A stretch of 64,000 bases of DNA from an uncultured Candidatus Binatia bacterium (lineage in GTDB: Bacteria; Desulfobacterota; Binatia; UBA9968; CAXXLF01): NCBI GenBank assembly GCA_965218425.1, contig OZ244621.1:1728001-1792000 (forward strand), in the 5' to 3' direction. The notes beneath the pieces were generated by a model. The model saw only the letters and a program-made list of their open reading frames with translations. It was not told where the DNA came from and did no database searches. The position numbers and the translations under genes were made by a program. Positions 10,301 through 21,016 of this stretch are shown here, in pieces (position 1 is the stretch's first letter; the number at the start of each line of letters is the position of its first letter).

Positions 10301-10880
10301 AATGAGGGCTATAGCAGTGAAGAGAAGGAGAGTCAATATTTTGGCGCACGAACAGCTTGACACGATCATTCGCATGTAAACATTCAAATCGCGAAACGAT
10401 TGACGGTGGGGGCTATTGAACCACTTGAGTCGGAACACCTTCGGGCACTGTGTCGTCCGAAGGTGAACGCCTCACCAAGGCGGTATCAGAATGGCGCCAA
10501 ATATTAGTGTCCGCTTTTGTGGGTTGCTATTTTCTTTGCGGCCTTCACCACTTCGTTTTTTTCGGACGCGGCCGCGGGAGACGTAAATGCTAATGTGAAA
10601 AATGCAAGCCACAGCCCAATGACGAGCTTCGTTATGGGTCTTTTCATAGAACCTTCTTTCGAATTTTCACCAGAAATTAAAAAAGCCGGACATCCTTGCA
10701 GAAAAAGTACGCAAGAGCGGTCTGGTTCTGATCTACCATCGGTCCCTGCGCAAAAGTATTGTTCGGCTCTCTTAGGCCTGCCGTGACAAGAGGGAAAATC
10801 CAGGTTTAAGGCGAACGGTCAGAGCGCGCTTCCAGTAAACTTTGCAATGCATGCCAAGATACCCCTAACGTGAACGAGAC

Positions 10881-12388
10881 TCATCCAAAAATCAGTGATT
10901 TGACGACCACGGGGACGGCGCCGCGATTTTTTAGTTCTTGCCCGATATCGATAAAATCCAGATCACGTAGCTCCACCTCATCGACGATCACCACATCCGG
11001 TATTACTTCCAGCTCTTGCTTCAACAGAGTTCCCAACAACCCACCAATATCCGAATCCAGGACAAGGACCCATGGGGCATCATTATTCCTGGAAGCTAAC
11101 GCCGTGGAAATACCACAAGCCAGGGCGAGGACCGACGAGTATGAAAAATCAAACGGCCAGTGAAAGAACAGCGCAATGAGGTGCTGCGAATCCAGTTGTG
11201 GAACATCCAAGCTCTCCATGGCCCCATGGATGGAACTTGCCACTCCTTCCGCGGTGAGATGGTCAGGCTCAAGGCGAGGGACCACCACCTGATAGTCCCA
11301 GAGTGGAAGTATCTGAGGATCGGAGAGAAAAATGGTGCTGCTTGAAACCTGCACCGTGTACTGAGAAGCCCCGATCACGGTGGCACGTATCTTTTCGACG
11401 CCTTCACCGAGGGACGTACCCACGGTGGGCAGGCGTAAACGGATCTCCTCCGCCAAAAGCGGACCCAGGTCCCCATAATCCCGGTGATCCTGGCGGTAGA
11501 TGTATTCAGCCACGCCCCCAGAAAAAATAATCTCGTCGATGGGGCCTTTATAATTTAAAGGCCCCGTGATCAAGAGTTCACCAGTCAGGGGCGACAAGGA
11601 TTCACGGCGCAGAAACTCGAACAACGCGTCGGCCAGGGTTTTAGCAATCCGTCGCTTTTCCTCTGGTAATAGCTTCGCGCCCAGATCCCCATGGACACCG
11701 ATTTTCTGTAGGACTCGCCGACCTGTCTCCTCCATGCGGATTAGGTCACCCTGAAGATCCCACGCGATGAGTCGGGCTCCTATATTGATGGCACCGGTTT
11801 CGAGAACCGAGCCGCCGCGAACAAAGGTTGTCTTGCAGGTTCCGCCGCCCACGTCCACGTTGAGGACCGTCCTGTCCCCATGGGCGCGTGCCACGGCGCC
11901 GGATCCATGTGCTGAAAGGATACCCTCTAAACGAGGGCCGGCGGTTGCGCAAACGAACTTTCCACCCATGGTGGAAAGCATGCGAGTAATCGCCTCCGAG
12001 TTCTTTTTCTTGACGGCTTCACCCGTGCAGATCACGGCTCCGGTATCTATCTGGGACGGTAGCAGACCCGCCTCTGTGTACCCTCGGTTGATAAAGGCCG
12101 AAAGCCTTTCGGTGTTGATGGTCTCGCCGTCGCGGTAAGGCGTGAGAAGGATGGGGTCCGATGCAGCACGTCGCGGCGAACCACCACGAAGCGGCTCGAT
12201 AGACTTAGTCCTTGCCGCTCCAAAAAGAGCTTGGAAAAGGTAACGTGTGACGTCGTAGAGCCGACATCGATGCCAACGCTATTCAGAATAAGCCATCCGG
12301 GATTGGGGGCGAGGTTGGCCTGGGGATCAATCTCGCCACCCTCTGGGTGCTCCTCAAGCTCATCCGGATGGTGGTGGTCATGGCCCAT
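10881..12388 (-). pseudogene. EutA-like (ethanolamine ammonia-lyase reactivase family) ASKHA ATPase, split by a 1-nt frameshift near 12153-12157
   Basis: N part 12047..12388 (SVGIDVGSTTSH) and C part 10881..12035 (NVDVGGGT, FSGGVAE, IRATVIGA) join into ~502 aa if one base is added, matching the 503-aa paralog at 60037. Confidence 0.85.
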
Positions 12389-12433
12389 GGTTCGTTTCTC
12401 GCGCTCTGTGATGACCTAGGGATCGGTCCGGTT

Positions 12434-13561
12434 CTATGGGTGGTAGTTTACGGGGGGCATCTTGAGATCGATCCCTTTTTGCTTCAGGGTCTGCGCAAAG
12501 TCCTTGCGAACCCGAGGGTCCTCGTCCTCGTAATCGATGAGGGTACCACCCTCCTTGACGCTTATGTAGCCGCTAAAGTCTTCACCCACCGTAAGGTTGT
12601 ATCCCGGGATACCCGAGTTACCTCCATAGATCGCCAGGTGGCGGGCAGGCCCGGTGCTTGTGTTCAGGTGCTGGTGAAACCAGCCGTCGGGTGGGGTATA
12701 GATGCTGCGTGGCCCCCAGTTAATTTTCAAGACCTTATCACCGGCCCCCGCGGCGTAGGGACGGGTTCCTGTATCCCGAGGCCATACCAAAACATACCCC
12801 TCACCCAACAGACCCACCAGAATGGCGCCTGGGCCGTGATAGTGAGCTTTGTGATACCTTCCGGCGGGCCATTCGGAAACATGGCCGTAAGGGAAACCAT
12901 CCGCCATTCGATAACCGGTGAGCTGGCCACCGGCGACTTTCTGTTCCAGGTTGTCCAGAAAGGCGGCCTTGGCGTCTGGTATAAAGTTTGTGTACCAGAT
13001 GGTCGAAAACCTACCCTCTTTTTCTCGGTTTTCTGTGGGGGTGAAATAATCTGCCTTACTGCCAAATTGATCCAGAAACTTGTAATCGCAATTGAAGATG
13101 AAATCGTGGGGACCAAAGACGCTCATTACTTTAGGAGCGGTGGTCACTCCGAGAAATAGCGCGGGTTCACGGGTGCCGTTTAAGAGACGATGCCAGCAGT
13201 TACGAGGTGGAGCAAAGACACTCCCCTCACCCCATTCAAAGGCTCGCTTGGCTCCACCTTCCTGCCATATCTCGGTTATCCCCCGGCCCTTCAAGATGAC
13301 AATGGCCTCCTGATAGAGGTGCTTCTCCGGATTCAGGGCTTTGCCTCCGGGAATTTCAGCCACATAGAGTCCTCGCTCCGCCTGTTTCGCGCTCAGCATT
13401 TGGACGAAGGTGCCCGAGCCTCCCGTGCGGGCCCAGGCTTTCCTCGGGAGTTCGGCAAGGTCGTCGGTTCCTGCTATGGTTTCAACAATGGGAATCCCTT
13501 CTCCTTCCATCCACGTTTGATAGGGGTATCTATCCCTGGCGTCTCTTTTTTGCTGTTCCAA
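12434..13561 (-). CDS. Bicupin protein (gentisate 1,2-dioxygenase-like fold), function unknown
   Basis: Two cupin repeats (EKHLYQE...PPRNCWH; KAHYHGPG...PPDGWFHQH). Confidence 0.85.
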   Translation of the reverse strand: MEQQKRDARDRYPYQTWMEGEGIPIVETIAGTDDLAELPRKAWARTGGSGTFVQMLSAKQAERGLYVAEIPGGKALNPEKHLYQEAIVILKGRGITEIWQEGGAKRAFEWGEGSVFAPPRNCWHRLLNGTREPALFLGVTTAPKVMSVFGPHDFIFNCDYKFLDQFGSKADYFTPTENREKEGRFSTIWYTNFIPDAKAAFLDNLEQKVAGGQLTGYRMADGFPYGHVSEWPAGRYHKAHYHGPGAILVGLLGEGYVLVWPRDTGTRPYAAGAGDKVLKINWGPRSIYTPPDGWFHQHLNTSTGPARHLAIYGGNSGIPGYNLTVGEDFSGYISVKEGGTLIDYEDEDPRVRKDFAQTLKQKGIDLKMPPVNYHP

Positions 13562-13594
13562 TGGTTTCCTCCTCCCTTTGGTGTTCTCCCGTGC

Positions 13595-14581
13595 TTAAAC
13601 CGCTGGTAAGCCCATGGCTCTCTGTGCGTTGGTTCCCAGGATTTGAGCTCGTTCTTCCGTCGAAATGGCATCCAAGGCCTTGATCTTGGCAACGGGTTCT
13701 CTGTCTCCCATACCCATGGGATAATCGGTTCCTATTACGACTCGATCTGCGCCCACCACTTGAATGAGGTACTGCAACGCCAGGACCGAGTGCACAACGG
13801 AATCAAAATACATTTGCTTCAGGTAGGCGGAGGGCTTTTGCGGCGTATGCTCCCTGAGATCTTTTCTTATGGAATGGGCGTGGTCCAGGCGCCAGATATT
13901 AAAGGGTAGGAGACCACCCCCATGTGCCAAGCAAAGGCGAAGGTTCTGATACTTTTGAAAGATCCCCCTGAGAATCATTCGCTCGATCATGAGGGTCGTA
14001 TTGTAGGGAAATGCTAAGACGTTGCCCAACACCCCTCGGCTTAAAGAAGAATCCCCTCCTTCAATTGGATGAATGAACAGTAAAAGGTCGAGTTGTTGCG
14101 CCATGTCGTAGAAGGGTTCCAGCTCGGGATCGTCCAACGGTTTACCCTGAACATGGGTGCCCACCTCGATACCCTTCAAACCCAGGTGGCACGCCTCTTT
14201 CGCGATGGTCGTAGCTTCCGAGACGCTCTGAAGGGGAGCGGTGCCGAATCCCACGAACCGGTCGGGGCGTGTTTCCACTGTCTGTTGAATGGCTTCATTT
14301 TGCAGGCGGGAGAAATAGGCTGCGGGTTCGGGTTGGTCCCAATAGTATAACAGGATCGGGGACGGTGATATGGCTTGGAGATCGATGCTCATCTTGTCGA
14401 GTTCCCGGACCCTCGCCTCAACGTCGTAAGCTCCTTCGCTCAAACTGCCGCGACTTCCCCCACGTGAGGTGACCGAATAGCGGCCATCGGTTAGTTTTAT
14501 CTCAGGGCCATGCTCTTTGAATTTTGTCGCATTTTGAAAGGCCTTTAAGGGGAAAAAATGGGAGTGGAGATCAATGTTCAT
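13595..14581 (-). CDS. Amidohydrolase_2 family decarboxylase/hydrolase (ACMSD/LigW/LigY-like)
   Basis: IDLHSH, LFIHP, LAHGGG and IGTDYP metal-binding motifs. Confidence 0.9.
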   Translation of the reverse strand: MNIDLHSHFFPLKAFQNATKFKEHGPEIKLTDGRYSVTSRGGSRGSLSEGAYDVEARVRELDKMSIDLQAISPSPILLYYWDQPEPAAYFSRLQNEAIQQTVETRPDRFVGFGTAPLQSVSEATTIAKEACHLGLKGIEVGTHVQGKPLDDPELEPFYDMAQQLDLLLFIHPIEGGDSSLSRGVLGNVLAFPYNTTLMIERMILRGIFQKYQNLRLCLAHGGGLLPFNIWRLDHAHSIRKDLREHTPQKPSAYLKQMYFDSVVHSVLALQYLIQVVGADRVVIGTDYPMGMGDREPVAKIKALDAISTEERAQILGTNAQRAMGLPAV

Positions 14582-14606
14582 GGCTGGTCCTAAACTCTTG
14601 GCTTAC

Positions 14607-15650
14607 CTACGGCTGAAAGAGAGCCGCAACTTTCGTTGAGTTGAATATATAGGTTTCACCATATGCCACAACCTCCGCTTTTCGGTGAGCCATGGCACCT
14701 GCTAAACAAAGCCAATTTAAGAGTTCGTGCTGGCCGGCGTCGGTCAAGGTTTCTGGTTCCAGATTGCGCCATTCGCTGTGTCGTCCAGTGCTCAACTCTT
14801 GGAGCCGTTTGCGGTCGGAATCCACATCGGGATAGAGACCATAGTGCTTCCCCGTCAAAAAGGCGTGGGACCACGATGAGGAACCGATCAGCACTGCGCG
14901 CCATGGGCTATCCTGCAGAATTCGGGCAACCTCAGCCCCAAGGTCGAAACAGCGCTTGGGCGTAGGCGCCGGCGGAGCTTTCTCTCCTTGCGCAAAATCG
15001 GTTGCCGCTCGTTTCGAAATAAGGTCGCTCCCGTAACAATTGACGTGAAAAGGAATAATGGGGTAGTCGAATCCACGCTGGTCGTAGTCGAGGTATATCA
15101 GGGTTCGCATAAAGGCGTGGGCTAGGCCGGGATGGTGGTGAGGCTTGTAGGAGTAACATACATCGAAGTTGTTTAGCGTAAGTTCTCGTGCCAGATGATG
15201 GGCTGCCAAGCGGTGACTGCGCACAGAGACGACCTTATCCTCCGGTTGACCCCAGACATTGACAGGCGAATTGATAACCGAACTCCGGCGGAACGGATAA
15301 CATTCGAGCTGGTCAAAGACGTACACACAAAAGGGCGGCACGATGTCTTCCTTAAAATTTTCGTATTGGTCGTCCCCCCAGATGAGCACAAAATCCGGCT
15401 TGAATGCGCCAATCTCCGCACGGAGTCGGCGAAAGCCGTGCACCACGAGCTCGCGGTGCCGCCGGGCCGAGGTTAGACCTTCGTCGTCTCCCCACTCCGA
15501 CTGCATGGGTTCAGGCCAGTGACGTACGTCCCGCAAATGATCCGGTAGGCGAGGACTCTTCATGAACCGGCGCAGGATGTCGGCCATATTTTCGTCTGGG
15601 AACTGAAACATCGGGGCGTGGGTGACCCCCATTCCCAGCAGTTCTGCCAT
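14607..15650 (-). CDS. Class III (LigB-type) extradiol ring-cleavage dioxygenase
   Basis: GMGVTHAP, PDFVLIWGDDQYENF, GLAHAF, SSSWSHAF and ELLNWL motifs. Confidence 0.85.
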   Translation of the reverse strand: MAELLGMGVTHAPMFQFPDENMADILRRFMKSPRLPDHLRDVRHWPEPMQSEWGDDEGLTSARRHRELVVHGFRRLRAEIGAFKPDFVLIWGDDQYENFKEDIVPPFCVYVFDQLECYPFRRSSVINSPVNVWGQPEDKVVSVRSHRLAAHHLARELTLNNFDVCYSYKPHHHPGLAHAFMRTLIYLDYDQRGFDYPIIPFHVNCYGSDLISKRAATDFAQGEKAPPAPTPKRCFDLGAEVARILQDSPWRAVLIGSSSWSHAFLTGKHYGLYPDVDSDRKRLQELSTGRHSEWRNLEPETLTDAGQHELLNWLCLAGAMAHRKAEVVAYGETYIFNSTKVAALFQP

Positions 15651-15668
15651 GGCGTGCCTCCTATTTTT

Positions 15669-16817
15669 TCAGTCTAAGACGGGCTTTGTGGAGTCAAATT
15701 CTATGATTCGATTTTTCTCCGGGTCGCGCACCAGCGCCATGGGTTCGCCGCCTCTCTGAACCACCTCGATCTGCTTGCGAAGCATCTTGCGGTACATAAT
15801 AATCCCTTCGTCCGATGATCCAAGGTTTTCTTGACTCCGATCGAAAATACTTCCCTGTGTTTCCCAGGCCATTTTGTCCTGGCTGGAAAAGGAGGTCATC
15901 TCGTGCTCACCCTCCGGCGTTATCAACGAATCCATGAAATTAACTTTGGGGTCTTGCGCTCCATTGGTGGACCGGGGCTTGGTTTTGGGATCGAAACACA
16001 TGACGATGATCCGGGTATGGGTATCGTCGATGGGGACCCGCCAGTGGAGCGCTTCAATATATCCCTGGGGTATGCGGAGGATATTCGGAAAGACGAGGGG
16101 AGGACGTGTTTCTCTTTCAGGCCGGTCTCCTCCGTAAACACACCGCTTGATGATCCCCCATTCACAGATTTCCCAGTCGTAGTCCTGCACCGGCCGGTAG
16201 TAAAACAGGCCTTGCGGATCGCCCAGTTGCGCCATGGTGTGGCCGTGGAGATAGTAAGTGTGGATCGTATCAACAGAGTTCTCCATGGCCTGGAGCCAGT
16301 TGCAGCTGAGCACGGGATGGACGTCAATGGATCGGGTCCCGTCTGTCCTCACAAGAACGTCCCATCGAGGTAAGAGAGTCTTTTTTTCTGGGGGCCCCAT
16401 GTAAACGAAAAGCACGCCGGCCAGCCTCTCCACCGGATAACTCAGATGGCATACCTTGTTCTTGAACTCTGGATTCTTTTCGAAAGGTTGCTCCAGGCAC
16501 TTCCCGTCGATGTCATATTTCCAGCCGTGGTAGGCGCATCGGATGCCATCCGGTTCTACGAAACCGTAAAAGAGCGAGGTTCTCCGGTGGGGGCAATGCT
16601 CGCCAACACATCCGTACGGGCTCTCCTGACTGCCCTGTGCGCTTGGGAGACGAAACACCACGAGCTCTTCGTCCATAATTTTAACGCGCTTTTTGGGACT
16701 CTCTTCTGTAAGCTCACTGGCCAGACAGACCGGTTGCCAGTAACGACGCAAGAGCGCACCCGCTGGTGTGCCTGGACCGACTTGGGTTAATAGCTCGTTT
16801 ACCTCGCGCGTGAGCAT
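15669..16817 (-). CDS. Rieske non-heme iron oxygenase alpha subunit (phthalate 4,5-dioxygenase/LigXa-like)
   Basis: VGPGTPAGALLRRYW start, CPH...CAYH Rieske motif, ENSVDTIHTYYLH and QDKMAWETQG mononuclear iron site. Confidence 0.93.
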   Translation of the reverse strand: MLTREVNELLTQVGPGTPAGALLRRYWQPVCLASELTEESPKKRVKIMDEELVVFRLPSAQGSQESPYGCVGEHCPHRRTSLFYGFVEPDGIRCAYHGWKYDIDGKCLEQPFEKNPEFKNKVCHLSYPVERLAGVLFVYMGPPEKKTLLPRWDVLVRTDGTRSIDVHPVLSCNWLQAMENSVDTIHTYYLHGHTMAQLGDPQGLFYYRPVQDYDWEICEWGIIKRCVYGGDRPERETRPPLVFPNILRIPQGYIEALHWRVPIDDTHTRIIVMCFDPKTKPRSTNGAQDPKVNFMDSLITPEGEHEMTSFSSQDKMAWETQGSIFDRSQENLGSSDEGIIMYRKMLRKQIEVVQRGGEPMALVRDPEKNRIIEFDSTKPVLD

Positions 16818-17372
16818 TGCCGGGTCCTCCTTCTCATGAGTTTAGAATTCGTTTTTCCTCTTTTCTGACTCAGGCACGAATCGGACGTCGAAGGAGAAGC
16901 AACTTGCAAGAAATTACTTCTTACCTCTTTTGGGTGCCTCCTACGATGAATTGCTAAGGATCAAAGCTACGACGATTGTAGAAACAGCGGGAAAGACTTT
17001 ATCCAGGATAGCGCCAACTGTCAAATCGATTATGGATACCGTAGGCCCCCGTCTTTCGGAGGGTGATTTCCCCATGGCTCGCGGAAATTTCCCTACGCCG
17101 GGCAAAGCACGGCGACCAATGTGCTGCGCTAACGTGTGCACTGGTCCCTGCCGCGTCGCGGTAACAGCGAATCCACGGGTGCAGGTTTTGTGAATGACGC
17201 CCCCGCGCATCGCCCTCTCGCGCATTGCTTTGTTACCTCGCGCCTCCTATAGTGACGCATCGGGCTAACTGCCGGATGCAGAACGATTTGCAGCGCGCGA
17301 GCATTTGAGCGGGCCGGAAGCACGATGCGGACGCCCTTCGGCGTTTAATTGTCACGCCACAGGCGATATTTC

Positions 17373-17660
17373 TTAGAAGAGCTCTTTTAGATAAGGAGGC
17401 ACCGCGGCGGGGTCCGCAACCGATCTCCGTATCTCGTCGGCTAAAAGATCCACCTGATCTTTAACGGGGAGATCTCGGTCAAGGATAATCAATTTTCTCT
17501 CACCCAAGCGGCAACTACCGCTGACCGGATGGTAACCCACCTCGCGCAGCAGTTTTTCAGTGCGGACTTCAATCTGTAGTCTTTGAGCAAATTCGACAAG
17601 CTCGTTCAATTTTGCCGACAACTTATGATGTCCTCGCGGCGTTTTGGCTTTTTTATCCAT
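17373..17660 (-). CDS. Hypothetical protein
   Basis: 95-aa ORF with protein-like composition (RLQIEVRTEKL...GSCRL...IILDRDL). Confidence 0.65.
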   Translation of the reverse strand: MDKKAKTPRGHHKLSAKLNELVEFAQRLQIEVRTEKLLREVGYHPVSGSCRLGERKLIILDRDLPVKDQVDLLADEIRRSVADPAAVPPYLKELF

Positions 17661-18007
17661 CGTAAATCAGAAGTATTATCGCTCATATTCACCATGATGT
17701 AAACCCCGAACCACTATGTGTAGTATAGTTCACCACCAAGCTGAGGGAGTCAGCTGGAAGAAGAGAACGGCTGGATCTCCTCCCATCTGACGTTGAAGGC
17801 GCTTCGAGATAGGGAATCCTGCCTTGAAAATTAAAAATTGCCTGATATTTTGGCGTAAGCAACAGCCGAGTAGGCGGTTCAGAGAGGCATGTTCGAGGCT
17901 GTGGCATCTAACTGCGGATCGCGGTACTAAGGATGCAAACCTTATGCGTCCTCACTCATAACTGGACCGGAGCAAACAGCTCCATTTAGGTCCCGGGAGG
18001 CGGGTCG

Positions 18008-18844
18008 ATGATTAAAAATATTCTGGTACCCATAGACGGATCAGAGCATTCCAAGGCCGCCGTGGAGTATGGCCTTTGGTTCATGGAGAACTTCCATGGG
18101 ACCCTCTTTGGACAGCATGTGATCGACACGGTTTCCATTGAAGGGAGCTTCTTTCACGATATCTCCGGTTCCCTTGGTTTTGAACCTTACCTGGATTTCT
18201 CCACCAAGATGCGTGAGGTGTTGGAGGAGAGGGGCAAGGGATTGCTGGAAGAGTTCAGTGATCGTTGCCGGAAAAAGGGCATCAAGCACGAAACTTTTCT
18301 CGATATGGGCATCATCGCCAACGAGGTTTGCGAACGGGCCAAGGTGGCCGATCTCGTGATCATGGGCCATCGGGGTATCAACGAGGAGTTTTCTACCGGT
18401 ATGCTGGGCAGCACGGCTGAGAGCGTGACCCGTAGGATCCAACGACCCGTTTTTATCACAACCAAGAATTTCAAAGCGATCGATAGCCCCCTGTTGGCCT
18501 ATGATGGAAGCCAAAGGGCGAGTTCCGCCATGGAATCGGCGGCAGAGTTCTGTTCCCAGCTTAATCTTCCCCTCACCGTTCTCTACGTCCCAAAAGAAGA
18601 GGGTACGGCGGATCGGGTGTTTCAAGAGGCGCAATCCTATCTTGAGTCTTACAACCTACAGGTGCGCTATGAGGCGGGAAAAGGCTACCCGGAACAGGTC
18701 ATTGTAGAGTATCTGACCAATTTCAATTACGACCTCCTCTTCATCGGCGCCCACGGACATCGTAGAATAATCGAGATGGTTATCGGAGGCACAACGGAAC
18801 ACGTGCTTAGAAAAAGCCCCTGCCCGGTTTTTCTTAAGCGTTAA
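18008..18844 (+). CDS. Tandem-domain universal stress protein
   Basis: ILVPIDGS, DLVIMGHRG...GSTAESV, LLAYDGS and LFIGAHG...GGTTEHVL. Confidence 0.93.
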   Translation: MIKNILVPIDGSEHSKAAVEYGLWFMENFHGTLFGQHVIDTVSIEGSFFHDISGSLGFEPYLDFSTKMREVLEERGKGLLEEFSDRCRKKGIKHETFLDMGIIANEVCERAKVADLVIMGHRGINEEFSTGMLGSTAESVTRRIQRPVFITTKNFKAIDSPLLAYDGSQRASSAMESAAEFCSQLNLPLTVLYVPKEEGTADRVFQEAQSYLESYNLQVRYEAGKGYPEQVIVEYLTNFNYDLLFIGAHGHRRIIEMVIGGTTEHVLRKSPCPVFLKR

Positions 18845-18856
18845 TCCCGAACTGAT

Positions 18857-19675
18857 ATGAAATTGCTGGCTGCCGCCGTGCAAATGCTCGCCTCCTCGGA
18901 TAAGAAGGCCAATGTTGAGGAGGCGGAAAACCGGGTGCGCCACGCTGAGTCCGAGGGCGCACAACTGGTGGTCTTGCCCGAGGTATTCAACTGGAGGGGA
19001 CCCTTAAGGCAATGCACGGCCGCGGAATCTATCCCGGGTCCCACCTCAAACCACATGGCCAACCTGGCGCGGGAGCTGGGCCTATACATCCTCGCCGGCT
19101 CGATGCTTGAAGCCGTAGGCGACAGGAACAAAGCCTACAACACAAGTCTGCTCTTTAACCCTCAAGGTTCCTTGCTGGCAAAATATCGCAAGATCCATCT
19201 GTTTGACGTTGATGTCACGGATGGGGTGACGGTGTTGGAGTCCGAAGCGCGAATCCCCGGGGAAGAAGTAGCGGTGGCGGAAACCGAGTATTGCCCCGTG
19301 GGCCTTACCATTTGCTACGATTTGCGGTTTCCCGAGCTCTACCGCCGTCTCGTGGAAAGAGGGGCTCAGATCATATTTGTTCCGTCGGCTTTTACCGCTT
19401 TTACCGGCCAGGCCCATTGGGAACCACTGCTCCGCGCACGAGCGATTGAAAATCAGGTTTATATCATCGCCCCCGATCAAGTGGGAAATGCAGCGGATAG
19501 CATTGATACGCATGGTCACTCCATGATAGTGGACCCTTGGGGGAGGGTGCTGGCCGAGGCGTCATCAAAGGGCCCCGAGGTGATCTTTGCCGAGTTGGAT
19601 CTGGGCTATCTAGCAAAGGTCCGCAGTGAGTTACCCGCCCTGTCGCATCGGAAGGATTTTTTAGGGCGGCAATGA
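18857..19675 (+). CDS. Carbon-nitrogen hydrolase (Nit1-like deaminated glutathione amidase)
   Basis: E-K-C triad motifs LPE, YRKIHLFD, ICYDLRFPE; HWEPLLRARAIENQ. Confidence 0.92.
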   Translation: MKLLAAAVQMLASSDKKANVEEAENRVRHAESEGAQLVVLPEVFNWRGPLRQCTAAESIPGPTSNHMANLARELGLYILAGSMLEAVGDRNKAYNTSLLFNPQGSLLAKYRKIHLFDVDVTDGVTVLESEARIPGEEVAVAETEYCPVGLTICYDLRFPELYRRLVERGAQIIFVPSAFTAFTGQAHWEPLLRARAIENQVYIIAPDQVGNAADSIDTHGHSMIVDPWGRVLAEASSKGPEVIFAELDLGYLAKVRSELPALSHRKDFLGRQ

Positions 19676-19906
19676 TCCTCCTGTAATCTCACGCCGGTTT
19701 AAGTCCCGATCTTCATTACGCGTTCCCTTCATCCAACGAGCCCGCTTGACCACTTGCCGATCTTTTAAACATGGGCGCCCTGCGCGATGCGCTTTGCTCT
19801 GCCCTAGCCGGCGAAAATCGGCGGCTAGGACATTCGACAGCGAATCGTCCAGGTTGATCCGCGGCTAAAAATTCTCTGCGGGTTCAGCGACGCGGCGGCC
19901 GCAAAG

Positions 19907-21016
19907 CTACACGATGGTGAGCATTCTCTCGATGGGAATCCTGGCACGGGCGGCCATTTCCGGATCCACGGCAATCTCGTGAATTCCGTCGCGAAGAGAG
20001 ATATAGAGCTTTTTCAGCGTATTCTGCTTCATGTAGGAACAGATTGCCTTGGCGCTTGCGGGGACCAGCACTTTCTCTGGAGCCGCCTTGGATAACGGGT
20101 AAAGGTTTCCCACCTCCGTGGCCATGATGATGACCTTTTGCGGGGTCTCCTTAACAAAATCCACCATTCCTTGAGTGGAACGAAACTCCATGATCCCTTT
20201 AGGGACCGCTTCTTGGCTCACCTGCCGCATACATGCACTGGTGCAGCCGCACTCCGGGTGAATCACCGCGGCCGCGCCGGGGTAGCGCTTCCGCTGGTTT
20301 TCCACATGGTAGGGGCGAATGCGGTCGTGTACATGGCACGCTCCCATCATAAGCCACAGGCGATCCAGTGAGGAGCCCTGCTGTTCCAGGAGCCTCGCCG
20401 CATAGTAACCCAGATACACGTCCGGGAGAAAAAGGATGGGTTGCTTTGATCTTGTATGCTCAAGTACATGGAGAATCACCTTTGCAGCATTGGCCGAGGC
20501 GCAACAGTAATCACTCTCAGCCTTTACCTCCAGGTACGTGTTGACATAGCTGATCACCACGCCGTCGGGATAATCGCGACGCCAGGCGCGAATCTTCTCC
20601 ACGTCCGCATGGGCGGCAAGGAAACAAAGGGCCCCGGGGTCCGGGGCAAGAACCCGTTGGTGGGGCTGCTTCATGATGGCGAGAATCTGGTTCATGAAGA
20701 GCACCGCCGCCTCCAGGAGGATATCGGCATCCGACTCGGCGCCCTTTTGTGCGAGATACAAGGAGTCCCCCACCGCATCCGCCATATCCTGAACGTCTTC
20801 AGGCATATAGTTATGCGCCAGAATGAAGGCGTTGCGTTCCCTCTTCAACCGTATGATCTCATCCCGCAGCCATTGACGTTCCTGTTGGGGAATGTTTTCC
20901 CTTCGGGCGTCCGCGGGAATCTTCGGTACCTCGATGGGAGGGCTCAAGTCCACCTGATCAATGGCGGAAATGACCTCCCGGGCGGGAAGGATATCGCCAG
21001 GTGTTACTCCGTTCAT
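19907..21016 (-). CDS. nadA: Quinolinate synthase NadA
   Basis: LAHNY, GDSL, SYVNT, CHVH, HPEC and C.YMK motifs; three cluster cysteines. Start likely ATG at 21016 after a GAGG RBS. Confidence 0.9.
   Translation of the reverse strand: MNGVTPGDILPAREVISAIDQVDLSPPIEVPKIPADARRENIPQQERQWLRDEIIRLKRERNAFILAHNYMPEDVQDMADAVGDSLYLAQKGAESDADILLEAAVLFMNQILAIMKQPHQRVLAPDPGALCFLAAHADVEKIRAWRRDYPDGVVISYVNTYLEVKAESDYCCASANAAKVILHVLEHTRSKQPILFLPDVYLGYYAARLLEQQGSSLDRLWLMMGACHVHDRIRPYHVENQRKRYPGAAAVIHPECGCTSACMRQVSQEAVPKGIMEFRSTQGMVDFVKETPQKVIIMATEVGNLYPLSKAAPEKVLVPASAKAICSYMKQNTLKKLYISLRDGIHEIAVDPEMAARARIPIERMLTIV

Noticed and set aside
10840..10860. Sigma54 promoter on the minus strand (TGGCATGCATTGCA)
   Set aside because: GG-to-GC spacing is 8 nt instead of the required 10.
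16820..17370. Short ORFs and a possible structured RNA upstream of the Rieske operon
   Set aside because: No recognisable protein motifs, RBS or convincing stems; left unannotated.
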